From positions 1 through 64,000 of the forward strand of contig JBBQXJ010000002.1 in NCBI GenBank assembly GCA_038209745.1: a stretch of 64,000 bases of DNA. Direction: 5' to 3'. The stretch comes from Verrucomicrobiota bacterium (GTDB lineage: Bacteria; Verrucomicrobiota; Verrucomicrobiia; Limisphaerales; CANJSG01). Under the pieces are notes generated by a model. The model searched no databases. It worked only from the letters and a program-made list of their open reading frames with translations, and was not told the DNA's origin. The translations under genes were made by a program, and so were the position numbers. Of this stretch, positions 41,146 to 51,473 are shown piece by piece (the first letter of the stretch is position 1; every line of letters starts with the position of its first letter).

Positions 41146-41535
41146 ATGAAACTTAACAAACGCAGCCGACTTCCGTCTCTTGCAAAGGGCCAACTCTGGA
41201 AAATGGATGATAAGCACCTCGAAATCATGGAGGTGGGCAAGACGTTGACGCACTATCGACTCTTTTCGAACCAGAAGCGTGTGCCGATCAGTCTCGGTGG
41301 TATTCAGACCGTTCAAGATTATCTGCGGAACAACAAGGCAGAGCTGATTCGCCCGGCAAATCCTCCGGTTGTCCCCAAGACTGCGGTGGTCAAAACCCCG
41401 GTGGCGGCCAAAACTCCGGGAGTGGTCAAAACTCCGGTGGCGGTTAAAACCCCGGTAGTGGTCAAAACTCCGGTAGTGGTTAAAACCCCGGTGGTGGTTA
41501 AAACGCCGGTGGCGGCCAAGGCCAAGGCGGCCTGA
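41146..41535 (+). CDS. Small basic protein with (V/A)(V/A)KTP(V/G) repeat tail
   Basis: ATG 41146; LAKGQLWK domain, seven hexapeptide repeats, terminator downstream. Confidence 0.7.
   Translation: MKLNKRSRLPSLAKGQLWKMDDKHLEIMEVGKTLTHYRLFSNQKRVPISLGGIQTVQDYLRNNKAELIRPANPPVVPKTAVVKTPVAAKTPGVVKTPVAVKTPVVVKTPVVVKTPVVVKTPVAAKAKAA
41386..41511 (+). repeat. Seven 18-bp coding tandem repeats
   Basis: Consensus GTGGTCAAAACTCCGGTG with mostly synonymous variation. Confidence 0.9.
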
Positions 41536-41561
41536 TCGACGGTAGACAAAGGTTCATTTTC

Positions 41562-41600
41562 AAAAGGCCGGCAGCGAAAACGCTGCCGGCCTTCTAGTTT
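41562..41600. terminator. Probable bidirectional intrinsic terminator
   Basis: AAGGCCGGCAGCG-AAAA-CGCTGCCGGCCTT stem between convergent genes. Confidence 0.8.
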
Positions 41601-41624
41601 CGAAACAAGGCCGATGCGGGGCCT

Positions 41625-42596
41625 CTATAGCAGGAAACTTAAGAGACCACAGACGGCTCCCGCCAGCCAGAGGACGGCCACAGCCGCCGGTTTGGACAGG
41701 CCGGCCCGGACCAGACGATGGGAAAGGTGGTTGGTGTCGCCGATCCAGAAGGGCCTGCCTTTGAGGGTGCGGAACGCGACGACGCTCAGGAGATCGAGCA
41801 GTGGCACAGCAAGAACCAGAAGCGGGCTGAAGACCGCAAAGCGGTCGGGCGTCTTTGCGGTGTAGAAGTGGGGCGCAATCGCCATCACGGCCAGCAGGTA
41901 ACCTACGAGGTGGCTGCCGGAATCTCCCAGAAACGCGGAGGCCTTGGGGTAGTTGTGGGGAATGAACCCGGCGGTCGCCCCGGCGAACAGAAACGCGAGG
42001 GTGGCCACCAAATACTGGCCTTTGGTGGCGGCATGGAAGCCGAAGAGCAGGGATCCGATCGCTCCGACTCCGCTGCAGAGGCCATTCATGTTGTCCATGA
42101 AGTTCACCGCGTTGGTTACGGTCAGGATCCACAAGATCGTGATTCCGTAGCTGAAGATCGGGTTGCCCACGAACAGGGTGATGCGGACGCCCGCAGCGGC
42201 GACCATGAGCGCGACGGCGAATTGTCCGGCGAATTTCAGGAGAGGATCCAGTTCGATCCGATCGTCGAGCAATCCCAGCAGCAGCATCCCGATGGCCCCG
42301 CCGACGATGGCGCAGAGCTGGAGGGCGCGTTGGCCGAACCCGTAGGTGAACGCTTCCAAGGAATCGGTGCCGACCGCGACGAGCAATGCGGCGATCAGCG
42401 GCACGATCACGCCGGTCAACACCGCCAGTCCGCCGGCGAGCGGAGTGGGTGTCGTATGGATCTTTCGATGGCCGGGGTCGTCGACCAGGTTCTTGCTCCG
42501 GCACCAAGGACACCAAACCGGCAGCGAACCCCAGGCGATGATAGCGCCGGCCAGAAACGCGGCCGCGTAGTATCCGATGGGAAACGGTAGGTTCAC
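41625..42596 (-). CDS. MraY/WecA-family polyprenyl-phosphate HexNAc-1-P transferase
   Basis: RKIH..PTPLAGG, GLLDD, NAVNFMDNMNGL, FLGDSGS, DTNHLSHRL. Confidence 0.9.
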   Translation of the reverse strand: MNLPFPIGYYAAAFLAGAIIAWGSLPVWCPWCRSKNLVDDPGHRKIHTTPTPLAGGLAVLTGVIVPLIAALLVAVGTDSLEAFTYGFGQRALQLCAIVGGAIGMLLLGLLDDRIELDPLLKFAGQFAVALMVAAAGVRITLFVGNPIFSYGITILWILTVTNAVNFMDNMNGLCSGVGAIGSLLFGFHAATKGQYLVATLAFLFAGATAGFIPHNYPKASAFLGDSGSHLVGYLLAVMAIAPHFYTAKTPDRFAVFSPLLVLAVPLLDLLSVVAFRTLKGRPFWIGDTNHLSHRLVRAGLSKPAAVAVLWLAGAVCGLLSFLL

Positions 42597-43789
42597 AATG
42601 CGGGGGCGGATCGAAGCGGTCGGGTCTTCTCCGCAGTGTTCGCCATGAGATCGAGATACAGCCTGTGAAGCGAGGCGACCATTTTCTCCACCGAGAACTG
42701 TTCCCGGACCAGGGCTTGGCCGGCGAATCCCAGACGCTGCCGGAGCTCCGGTGATCGGGCCAGCCGTTCCAAGCTCCCGGACAGGCCCGGGAGATCACCG
42801 GCCCGGAGCAGGAATCCGGTCTGTCCGTCGAGGCAGACTTCACGGGCGCCGTCGCAGTCGAACGCGATGGCGGGTTTTCCCGCAGCGAGAGCTTGGGGTA
42901 TGGCTCGGGGAAGGCCTTCGCGCCGGGAAAGATGCACCAGGGCGTCCATGATGCCGACGTAGCGATGGACTTGTGCGGGGGGAACCAATCCGGTGAAGGC
43001 GAACCGGTCGCGGAGCCCCAGATCGGTGGCGAGGGTTTCGAACCTCGCCCGATGGACGCCGTCCCCGACGAAGAGGAATTTCAGTTCGGGAATCCGCTTC
43101 ATCAACCCGGGCGCGATGGCGAACAAATCGTCGTGGCCTTTGAGATCGAAGAGCCGTGCGATTTTGCCCACGACGAAATCGGTCGGCTGGAGGCCCAACG
43201 ATCGTCGCAGGTTCAGGTCGTTCGGAGCGGAGAGAAACGGTGCCAGATCGAAGCCGCTGCGGATGGTGGTGTATTGGTCGAGTCGGCCGATGCCAGCGGC
43301 AAGGTATTGGTCGCGCATGGCATCGGCCACGACGACGAAATGGTCGGTCGATCTGCCGGCATGCCGTTCGGCCCGAGAGAAGACGAAGTTGGAAAGGGCT
43401 CCCTGAAACGGGCCAAAGGACGGGCCGTGGATCGTGTGGACAACGACCGGAATCTGGGCGTCGTGCGCGGCAAGTCGCCCAATGATTCCGGCTTTCCCCG
43501 AATGGGTGTGGACGATGTCCGGATGTTCGGTGCGGAAGATCTGTTTCAGCGCCTGGTAAGCTAGCACGTCGTGGATCGGGGCAACGGGACGAACCAAGTG
43601 GGGCTGGATCCGCAGTAGATTTGGCCGCGTGACGAAGGAGTGCTCCAACGAACCCTCAGGTCCATCCGAAGGGCCCGAGATCAGATCGCAGGAGACGCCA
43701 GGGATTTCTGCCAGGCCCAGAACCGATGATATCGTGTTCTCCTGCGCGCCGCCCACGATCAGACGGGTGATGACGTGGGTGGCGCGCAT
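42593..43789 (-). CDS. GT4 family glycosyltransferase
   Basis: GGAQ, HTHSGKAG, HTIHG, KGH, EGLPRAIPQAL. Confidence 0.9.
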   Translation of the reverse strand: MRATHVITRLIVGGAQENTISSVLGLAEIPGVSCDLISGPSDGPEGSLEHSFVTRPNLLRIQPHLVRPVAPIHDVLAYQALKQIFRTEHPDIVHTHSGKAGIIGRLAAHDAQIPVVVHTIHGPSFGPFQGALSNFVFSRAERHAGRSTDHFVVVADAMRDQYLAAGIGRLDQYTTIRSGFDLAPFLSAPNDLNLRRSLGLQPTDFVVGKIARLFDLKGHDDLFAIAPGLMKRIPELKFLFVGDGVHRARFETLATDLGLRDRFAFTGLVPPAQVHRYVGIMDALVHLSRREGLPRAIPQALAAGKPAIAFDCDGAREVCLDGQTGFLLRAGDLPGLSGSLERLARSPELRQRLGFAGQALVREQFSVEKMVASLHRLYLDLMANTAEKTRPLRSAPAL

Positions 43790-43795
43790 CGCCGG

Positions 43796-46678
43796 TCAGC
43801 GCGATTTTTTCAGCTCGTTCAATTGCGCCTTCATGAGGCCGTATTCGCTGGTTCCGCGCGGTGCGTTGGCCAAATAGAGCTCGATCTGTTTGCTGGCTTC
43901 CTTGGTGTCTTTTTGGAACATCGCCACGCCGGAAAGGCCGAAATAGGCTTCATAAACGGGTTTGTCCGCGACTTTCAAGAGGCGCTCATATTCGGTTTTG
44001 GCTTCGGGATACCGTTGTAGGCGGAAGAGCGCGATAGCCCGGTTTTGAATGGCGGGAAGACTATTCGGATTGGTCGCCAGCACCGCGTCCAAGGGAGCCA
44101 ATGCCTCAGGAAAGCGTTTGGCTCCGATCAATAGAGCCGCCTTGTCCAGGAGCACGTTTTCGTTTTTTGGATCAAGAGCGATGCGCTGGTCTATCTCCTT
44201 GAGAGCGCGCTCCAATTGCCCGGTCTTGAGGTAGTAGTCCGTTAGCAGCTTCTCCAACGCGATGCTGTTCCGGTTCTTGGCCAGCGCGTTTTTCAGGAGT
44301 GTCTCACCAGCGGAAATGTCTCCTCTCGAAGCGAGCGCGAGCGACTCGACGTTGATCAGCAGCACATTCTGGTCGCCTGTGATCTTTGCGTCGCTCTCTC
44401 TTATGCCCCGGACAATCTTCAGGCTCTCGTCCGGCTGTTGAAGATCCAATCGTGTCATGGACAGGGCGATCTGGACGTCGACCTTGGCGGGGTCGAGCTC
44501 CAATGCCCGAGAAAGGTGAATCAGGCTTTGACGAAGATTGTTGCCCTGGGCGAGCACCGATCCAAACCTCGTGAGGCCCAACGGTTCATCCATGAGTCCG
44601 AAGGCATTCACCGCCGTCTGCAACGAGGCTGGATCGTCGATAATGCTCTTCCATGACGAATTCGGAGCAGGGACGGGACTGCCGGAGTTTTGGAGGTGCT
44701 TGTTGAATGCCAGTGTTGCTTCGGCGGCCGCATTGCCAGGGTTTTCCGCATCCAACGGATTCGCCGGGTGCAGCCCCACGGCGACATTCAATGCGACTTG
44801 CGCCTGCTTGAGTTTGCCGAGTTTTTGAAGGGTCACGCCCCAATCCGTCAGCTCGCGTGAGAAGATCTGTTTCAAGTATCCGGCGTCGACGTTCGAGAGG
44901 CCCTCCGTTGTCAGCAAAAGGCTCAACACGTCGTCGTTCACCTTGTCCCAATAGGCGGAGGTCGACACGATGGCGGCGTCGGAGACGGGCGGTGGTAGCA
45001 GCTGCCCCTGGGTATACGGCACCATCTCATAGACTCCGCCATGGGGAACCGCATGAAACGCCTCGAAAAAATATCCAAAGCTGGGATGGAGATAGAAGAC
45101 CGGCATCCGCTTCTGGATTTCCAGGACGCTGTTTAGGATCGGCGGGTCATCGTAGGATTGGGTCAGGATGGCGTTGGTGGGCCAGACATCCGCGAGGTCG
45201 GGGTATCGTTGGATCAACTTCGCGATGGAATTGGTTAAGCCCAGCGTCGAGGTGTAGAGCAGCGCATCGTGCCGGACCTTGCCGGACTTTTGCATCGCGG
45301 CCTCGAGCAGGATCAGGCGGCCGCCGTCGTCGCTCAGGATGGCCGAAGCCTTGTCAGGCAATGAATCGATCTTAGCTGTCAAAGTCCGCAGCAGGGCGGG
45401 ACCGTTGGTGAAGGCGATCGACCGGGCGGACTGCACGACCAGCACGACGGGAGACGCCAGCGCAGCCAGAAGCACGAGGTATCCCGCGGTCTTGCCGATC
45501 ATCCGGCCGACCGGTTTGGTCCGTTGCCAGCGGGACTCGGGATCGGTCAACAGGACCAGGAGCACGTATCCGAGGAAGTAGCCGACGGTGAGGGCCGTCA
45601 GGTAGTAGAAGGAAAGATAGGGAAACAGCCGGTAACCGAGTTCGAACGGGCCGAACGGAAGGGCGAAGGATCCCGCGATACCGGCCGCCACAAACACGAC
45701 GCCCGCCACAACGAAGAGAAACGCGAGCAAGTTGCGGCCGATCGAACTGGTCTCGGTGCTGAGCGACGGCCAGCGGAACCCGATCAGAACCAAAGGAACG
45801 AGCGACGTCATGCTCATCAAGATCAGACGCAGCCGCAAAACGGTGATAGAGGTGAACGGAAGGAGGATTATCTGGTGTTGAGTTGCCAGATTCGTCTTCA
45901 GCGCGGTCCAGAAAGTGACGCCATCGGCGCCTTTGGCGGCTGCGACGATGGGCAGCAACAGATAGAGGCTCAGGCCGACGACCCCGAAAAGAGTCATCCG
46001 GGCGAGAAAGGGAAACTGGAAGAACTTAAGGCCTCGGATCCAGATCAGGGATCCGAGGAACAACGGGGAAAAGCCAATCATTGCGGCGTTGTTTGTCACT
46101 CCGACTCCGTAGGCCAGCGCCAGGCAGTTCAACCATCGGTCCTTGCCGTTGAGCCGGTATTCCATGAGGCATCGGATGCAGAAGGCAAAGACCAGCAGGT
46201 CCAACATTTCGCCGGTCAGCACGGTCGCGTGTTCCCAGAACCTGAGCTGGAAAGCGCAGACCATCGCCGCCACCAGGGGGGGCGCCCAGGCGAGAGGGAC
46301 CGAGAGGAGCCCTTTCTCATGGGATTCACGATTGCGCTGATCACGGGTGCGGTCGTGGGGGAAAATCGAGACCGTGCGGACCAATTGGGCGAGCGTGAGA
46401 GCCGCCAGAACTGCTGAAAGCAGATTCATCGCGAGGAACTGGAAGGAACCCCCGAGCATTGAAACGGGTCGCGTCAACAGCCATAGGAGCGGCCGGGTCG
46501 TCTGGGAATACGGCTCCCAACCGGCCACTTCGTTCGCCGATTGCAGGCTGGAAAGGCTGACGAACGTATTCAGGGTCGCCAAGTAGATCCCTAATGCGAC
46601 CAGGGCGATGATCCACGGGAGGGAGCTGAAGAGACGGAATGGCTTCTGCATAGACGTTGCGGTTGCTTCGGAGTTCAT
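43796..46678 (-). CDS. DUF2723-like polytopic membrane protein with C-terminal TPRs
   Basis: N-terminal TM bundle (NLLSA, FWEHAT, GLSLYLLLP) then TPR helices; family call from memory of the architecture. Confidence 0.65.
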   Translation of the reverse strand: MNSEATATSMQKPFRLFSSLPWIIALVALGIYLATLNTFVSLSSLQSANEVAGWEPYSQTTRPLLWLLTRPVSMLGGSFQFLAMNLLSAVLAALTLAQLVRTVSIFPHDRTRDQRNRESHEKGLLSVPLAWAPPLVAAMVCAFQLRFWEHATVLTGEMLDLLVFAFCIRCLMEYRLNGKDRWLNCLALAYGVGVTNNAAMIGFSPLFLGSLIWIRGLKFFQFPFLARMTLFGVVGLSLYLLLPIVAAAKGADGVTFWTALKTNLATQHQIILLPFTSITVLRLRLILMSMTSLVPLVLIGFRWPSLSTETSSIGRNLLAFLFVVAGVVFVAAGIAGSFALPFGPFELGYRLFPYLSFYYLTALTVGYFLGYVLLVLLTDPESRWQRTKPVGRMIGKTAGYLVLLAALASPVVLVVQSARSIAFTNGPALLRTLTAKIDSLPDKASAILSDDGGRLILLEAAMQKSGKVRHDALLYTSTLGLTNSIAKLIQRYPDLADVWPTNAILTQSYDDPPILNSVLEIQKRMPVFYLHPSFGYFFEAFHAVPHGGVYEMVPYTQGQLLPPPVSDAAIVSTSAYWDKVNDDVLSLLLTTEGLSNVDAGYLKQIFSRELTDWGVTLQKLGKLKQAQVALNVAVGLHPANPLDAENPGNAAAEATLAFNKHLQNSGSPVPAPNSSWKSIIDDPASLQTAVNAFGLMDEPLGLTRFGSVLAQGNNLRQSLIHLSRALELDPAKVDVQIALSMTRLDLQQPDESLKIVRGIRESDAKITGDQNVLLINVESLALASRGDISAGETLLKNALAKNRNSIALEKLLTDYYLKTGQLERALKEIDQRIALDPKNENVLLDKAALLIGAKRFPEALAPLDAVLATNPNSLPAIQNRAIALFRLQRYPEAKTEYERLLKVADKPVYEAYFGLSGVAMFQKDTKEASKQIELYLANAPRGTSEYGLMKAQLNELKKSR

Positions 46679-46753
46679 CCGATGCGCTGGACGGTTGGCA
46701 AGCCTCCCGGCACTCCATTTGGATTGTTTTGCAGGCCGAGACCGGCACGTGGT

Positions 46754-47896
46754 TCACCGCATCTGATCCGACAGATTCCCGGTGTAGCCGGTCAATTCCA
46801 GAAAGGCGGACCCGATCACCGCACCGGTGGCGTCCTGCACACGACAGGCACCCTCCCAATAGGCGATCCCTCCCAAAGTGCCGGTCAGTTCCTGGTCGGG
46901 GGCCAAGGGGACCAGCGTCAAGACGCGTTTCGGGACCTCGTCCAAAACCGTCAATCGGACGGTGGCGGGGTAGCTCGCTCCAGTAGCCGCGCTCCGCCAT
47001 CGGCCGACGGGCTTCCAGTCGAACTTGTCGGCGGGAACTTGCGAAACGCGTCCCGCTCGATCGATTCGGGCCAAGGTCGAAAAGCGGTCGATTCCGCCAT
47101 CTTTCCTTCGAAGGACGTAGGCCATCAACTCGGTGCCGTCGTCGAACTGCACCGCGGTCCAGTCCCAGCCGGCTTGTCCAGAGTCGAGCTGGCTGGAGCT
47201 GATCTCATGGTCCATCCAAGAGAGCCCCGAGACGGCGAAGCTTTCGCCATCCAGTTGCACCGTGCCGGTCGTCTCCAGACGCGTGAACGTGAGGTAGTGG
47301 CTGGAGGCCGTCGGGTCGGCTCCTTTTCGGGAAATGCCGTCGGTGCCGAAGACGACCAGCGGCTTCGACGGCTTCAGCCGGAGGTGGAAGGCCGCTTCGC
47401 CGTGGAGGCCGCCGTTCAACGACATCTCTTCGGTCACGGCGTTGGTCATCGCCAACCGCCACGGGCCGTTGAAGACGTCGAGCGATGTGGTCGAGGATCC
47501 TGCATCCCAGCCGCCCCGGTTGATCCGTTCCTGGTTCAGGAACGTCCCGGACTGGGCGTCCAACACCGCCATGTGGGCGAGATAGAGTTGGCGGTCCGTC
47601 GATGCATCCTCGTTCTTACGAAGAGGGGCGGCACGGCGGAAGAAGGTCGCTTGATAACCGAAGCGTCGACCTTTTTCCGTGAACAGATGCCCGGTCACGT
47701 ACCACCACTCGATCTTGAATCCCGGATGGCTGCCGTGGTCGCGAGGGAAGACGAACTTCCTCCCGGGCTGCGGCACTTCAAATCCGTCGGAAGTCTTCCT
47801 GGGCAACTCCTGCGCGGAGATGGACGCGGTCCAGCCGAGTCCCATCAGGACGGCCAGCAGAATTCTTCCGAAAGTCTTTCTCATCGCCGTTTTCAT
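46754..47896 (-). CDS. CrtC/AttH-like lipocalin-domain protein
   Basis: FPRDHGSHP, EWWYVTG, WMDHE, GWDW, YWEG, LELTGY; ATG overlaps permease stop. Confidence 0.85.
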   Translation of the reverse strand: MKTAMRKTFGRILLAVLMGLGWTASISAQELPRKTSDGFEVPQPGRKFVFPRDHGSHPGFKIEWWYVTGHLFTEKGRRFGYQATFFRRAAPLRKNEDASTDRQLYLAHMAVLDAQSGTFLNQERINRGGWDAGSSTTSLDVFNGPWRLAMTNAVTEEMSLNGGLHGEAAFHLRLKPSKPLVVFGTDGISRKGADPTASSHYLTFTRLETTGTVQLDGESFAVSGLSWMDHEISSSQLDSGQAGWDWTAVQFDDGTELMAYVLRRKDGGIDRFSTLARIDRAGRVSQVPADKFDWKPVGRWRSAATGASYPATVRLTVLDEVPKRVLTLVPLAPDQELTGTLGGIAYWEGACRVQDATGAVIGSAFLELTGYTGNLSDQMR

Positions 47897-50559
47897 TCTT
47901 CCCGATCGGCCGGGAGTCCGGCGCCCCATCGACCCACGGCCAGGGCTACGACCGTTCCCGAAAGGACAACCAGTCCGCCAAGACCGGCCAAAAGCGCAAC
48001 CGGGACATCCGCTTGCAGGGTCCACCCGAAGGTCTGCTTGTTGATCACGTGGATCAGGATCCAGCCGAGGGCGCCGCTGACCGCGAGCCCGGAGACCAGC
48101 CCGGCCAATGCAGTCAGGGCGCCTTCTATGGCCGAAGCGTGGGCGATCTCAAAGTGCGTCATCCCGAGGGCGCGCAGCGTGGTCAATTCCGCCCGCCTCT
48201 GTAGAAGCAGGCTGGCCAGGGTCATCGCCAAACCGACGACCGCCACGACCACGCCGATGAATTCCAAAACGTAGGTGATGGAGAAGGTCTGCCCAAAAAT
48301 TCTGAGGATCTCCCGGCGAAGGTGGCTGTTTGTGAAGACGCTCAGGCCGGGATGAGCCGAGAGGATTTCGGTCCTGACCAAGTCAGCGTCGGTGTCCGGC
48401 TTGAGTTTGAGGATGACGCTGCTGGCGAGGTCCGTGCCGAACCAACCTGCCACCCGACTGCCCTCCAACACGACCGAGCCACGCTCGTTGCCGTAATCGC
48501 CGAAGACCCCGACGATTTTCAGCGTCCTCGATCCGGCCGGCGTCGGGATCGTCACTCTGTCTCCCGCGTTCAACTGGTAGCGCTCCGTGAAGCTCTCGCT
48601 GACGAAAGCCATGTCCGCGTTTTTGCTCCGGTCGAAGGCTTCGGGAGGAGGTGCTTTGAGCCACGCGAGATTCGCGTGGTCCCGGGTGAAGCCGATGTCG
48701 GCGCCGACCACCATGGTGGGACCGCCGGGCAACTGGATTTCGTGGGCTTGCATCACGTTCGCCGCGGCCACGTCCGCCCGCGCGACGAGCTCGCGCCAGA
48801 CCGCCGTGGAAATACGGTTGTCCGTCGAAGCGCTCTGGGCCCCGGCACTGGAAATGTAGAGATCCGCCTGGAACGCGCGTTCGATCCAGCCGTTCATCGT
48901 TTGACTGAAGCTGCCGACGAGGATCGCCATGCCGGCGGTCATCGCGACCGCGCAGGAGAGGCTGGCCGCTGCGAGCCGATGCCGCCCCGTCGGTGGCCGG
49001 ATCTGTGACACCGCAAGACGCCAGACCGGAGACCACGGTCCGATGGGACGCAGCATCCGACCCAACACCGAGAGCAGTTCTCCGCTGAAAATGCCGCCCG
49101 CGAATATCCAGCAAAGCGCCGACGCATAGCCTCCGACCGGGAACCGAATTCCGCCGTCGAAACGCAGGGGCGGCAACAACGCTGTCGCCATTCCGAAGGC
49201 CATCAATGCGAGCGCCAAGGGTCGGCTTCGGAGCGCGCGTGGCCCGGGATTTGGACCGCCACCGCGGACGAGCAATTGTGCGGGTGGCGTTCGGGCGGCG
49301 GATCGGGCCGGAGCCCAGCCTGCGAGGATGCCGGCCACCATCGCCAGGATCACGGCGAGGAGCAGTTCCGTCGGTTCCAATGCAGCGGCATCCGCCGAGG
49401 TGGCGCGATAGAGCGCGTTCACCGTCCGGCCCACCAGCTGCACGGCCGCTTGCGCGCCGAGCCATCCGGGGACCGAGCCGAGCAAGCCGCCGAGAAGACC
49501 GAGCGCGGCCGCTTCCAAGAGCCATGCCTGTTGGATCGTGCGCTCCTCCACTCCAAGGGCGCGGAGGATTCCGATCTCGTCACGCCGTCGGATCACAGCC
49601 CCATCCAAGGCCTGGAAGATGAGATACAAGCCGACCACCAGCGCGATGAGGGACAGGATCGTAAGGTTCAACCGGAAGGCGCGGGTCATCATGGCTCCGC
49701 TGTCCCGGCGCTGCTTCGGAGATTCGATCTGCCAACGACCGCCCGACATCCCGTCCAGGCGGATTTTCAGCTCGCTCCGCCTCAGATCAAGATCGCCGCC
49801 GGGCTCCAACACACACTCGACCCGGTCGATGCGGTCCGGCCGCCCGTTCAAGGACTGGAGCATCGACTGGTCCATCACCAGCATCGACCGGGGCGGAGCG
49901 GGGCGATCGGGCAAGGAGGGGATGATCCCGGCGATCTCGAACGGGACGATCGATTCGTTGATGACCAACGACAGGGAATCGCCTGGCTTCAGCCGCTTCT
50001 CGTCGGCGAGCGCGGTGCTGATGAAGACCGAGCGCGGTGAGTCGAAGAATTCCCAGAAGCGATTGGTCCGCTCGGTTTGGGTCGAAGGCGTTTGGTTGAA
50101 CCAGGAAACGGACGCCTCCGGGCTCCGGCTGCTCCGGTTGGCCGTTCGGTTGACCCGCAGGTTTTGCAGCGCGATCAGATCCAGCCCTAGCAGTTGGTAG
50201 GTGCGCCTTTGGCCGATGGTTTCGTCGGCGGACGCGGGCGGCTCCGTCGCGGTCGTCTCGACCACGGGCACAAGATGGACGGGTCTGTCGCCGAGGCCTT
50301 GGCGCAGTTCGGGAAGGATGCTGGCGGGCAAGGTTCCAGCGGGGCTGCGGATGACCCAGTCGCTCTGTTCGGTGAGGATGTCGGTGAAGTTGCTGAAGCT
50401 CGCGAGCACGGCGCGATTGGCCAGCCGGATGGAGAAGTAGACGGCGACTCCGAGAGCCAGGATCACGACGAGCAGGCCCGATTGCCACGGAGCGTCGCGC
50501 CAATGCCGCAGGCTCATCCGCCGGAGCAGCAGCCAGAGAATGGACGGGCGTTCCGTCAT
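47893..50559 (-). CDS. ABC transporter permease (double FtsX-type)
   Basis: ALGVAV, RRDEIGILRALG, RRAELTTLRALG, NKQTFGW. Confidence 0.88.
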   Translation of the reverse strand: MTERPSILWLLLRRMSLRHWRDAPWQSGLLVVILALGVAVYFSIRLANRAVLASFSNFTDILTEQSDWVIRSPAGTLPASILPELRQGLGDRPVHLVPVVETTATEPPASADETIGQRRTYQLLGLDLIALQNLRVNRTANRSSRSPEASVSWFNQTPSTQTERTNRFWEFFDSPRSVFISTALADEKRLKPGDSLSLVINESIVPFEIAGIIPSLPDRPAPPRSMLVMDQSMLQSLNGRPDRIDRVECVLEPGGDLDLRRSELKIRLDGMSGGRWQIESPKQRRDSGAMMTRAFRLNLTILSLIALVVGLYLIFQALDGAVIRRRDEIGILRALGVEERTIQQAWLLEAAALGLLGGLLGSVPGWLGAQAAVQLVGRTVNALYRATSADAAALEPTELLLAVILAMVAGILAGWAPARSAARTPPAQLLVRGGGPNPGPRALRSRPLALALMAFGMATALLPPLRFDGGIRFPVGGYASALCWIFAGGIFSGELLSVLGRMLRPIGPWSPVWRLAVSQIRPPTGRHRLAAASLSCAVAMTAGMAILVGSFSQTMNGWIERAFQADLYISSAGAQSASTDNRISTAVWRELVARADVAAANVMQAHEIQLPGGPTMVVGADIGFTRDHANLAWLKAPPPEAFDRSKNADMAFVSESFTERYQLNAGDRVTIPTPAGSRTLKIVGVFGDYGNERGSVVLEGSRVAGWFGTDLASSVILKLKPDTDADLVRTEILSAHPGLSVFTNSHLRREILRIFGQTFSITYVLEFIGVVVAVVGLAMTLASLLLQRRAELTTLRALGMTHFEIAHASAIEGALTALAGLVSGLAVSGALGWILIHVINKQTFGWTLQADVPVALLAGLGGLVVLSGTVVALAVGRWGAGLPADREE

Positions 50560-51263
50560 TCCGGGTCGACGATGGATCCGTCCCGCAGATGGATCCGACG
50601 ATGGCAGATGGCGGCCGCTTCCTCGCTGTGGGTCACGAGCACCATGGCGGTCCGGGTTTCGTCGGTCAGTTCCCGCAGGAGCCGCAGGATGTTCCCGCCA
50701 TTGGCCGAATCGAGATTGCCCGTGGGTTCGTCGGCCAGCAGCACGGCCGGCCGATGGGAAAGCGCCCGGGCGATGGCGACGCGCTGCATCTCACCGCCGG
50801 AAAGCTGCCCCGGCCGGGCGTCGGCGCGGTGCTCCAGATTCAAGCGACGGAGCAGGGAATCGACGCGGGCGAGCCTTTCGCTTCGGGGCATTCCGAGAAG
50901 CTGGAGAGGGAACTCGATGTTCTCCGCCGCGCTCAGGGTCGGCAGGAGATGGAAGAACTGGAAGATCGTCCCGATGCGGGTCCGGCGCAGTCGGGCCAGC
51001 GCGTCGCCGCTCAACGACTCCAGCGGCTCGCCCGCGAGTTGGATGCTCCCGCTGTCGGCGCGGTCCACTCCGCCGAGGCAGTTGAGCAGGGTTGTTTTCC
51101 CAGAGCCGGAGGGTCCGGTCAAAGCCACACGCTCGCCCGCTTTCACCTCGAAGCCGACCCCGCGCAGCACGGGGCGACCGTCGTAGGCCTTGGCAAGATC
51201 GGAGACCCGGATGACGGTTTCGACAGTGGAGTTCGTTGGATAGAGAACGGCTTCGGCGGCCAT
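50556..51263 (-). CDS. ABC transporter ATP-binding protein (LolD-like)
   Basis: GPSGSGKT, LSGGEMQR, ADEPTGNLD, VTH. Confidence 0.92.
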   Translation of the reverse strand: MAAEAVLYPTNSTVETVIRVSDLAKAYDGRPVLRGVGFEVKAGERVALTGPSGSGKTTLLNCLGGVDRADSGSIQLAGEPLESLSGDALARLRRTRIGTIFQFFHLLPTLSAAENIEFPLQLLGMPRSERLARVDSLLRRLNLEHRADARPGQLSGGEMQRVAIARALSHRPAVLLADEPTGNLDSANGGNILRLLRELTDETRTAMVLVTHSEEAAAICHRRIHLRDGSIVDPE

Positions 51264-51473
51264 GCAAACGGAAGCTGGCAGGTCGCTGCGAGTTCAGCAA
51301 ATGCGCGCGATTCTTCGCGCTGCGTTGGACTCGCTGGTTCGAGCAGCCTACTCAAATCATGCGGTGGCCACTGGCGGCGGTCTCGGGGCGAGAATGGAGG
51401 TGCGTAATGGTCCAGGACGCGACTGCGGCGCCAGGAGATTCTCTGGAGCAGGCCGGGAAGATCGGGATACGAC

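Noticed and set aside
41386..41511. Tandem repeat as a CRISPR array
   Set aside because: No spacers, in-frame 18-bp coding units, no cas genes
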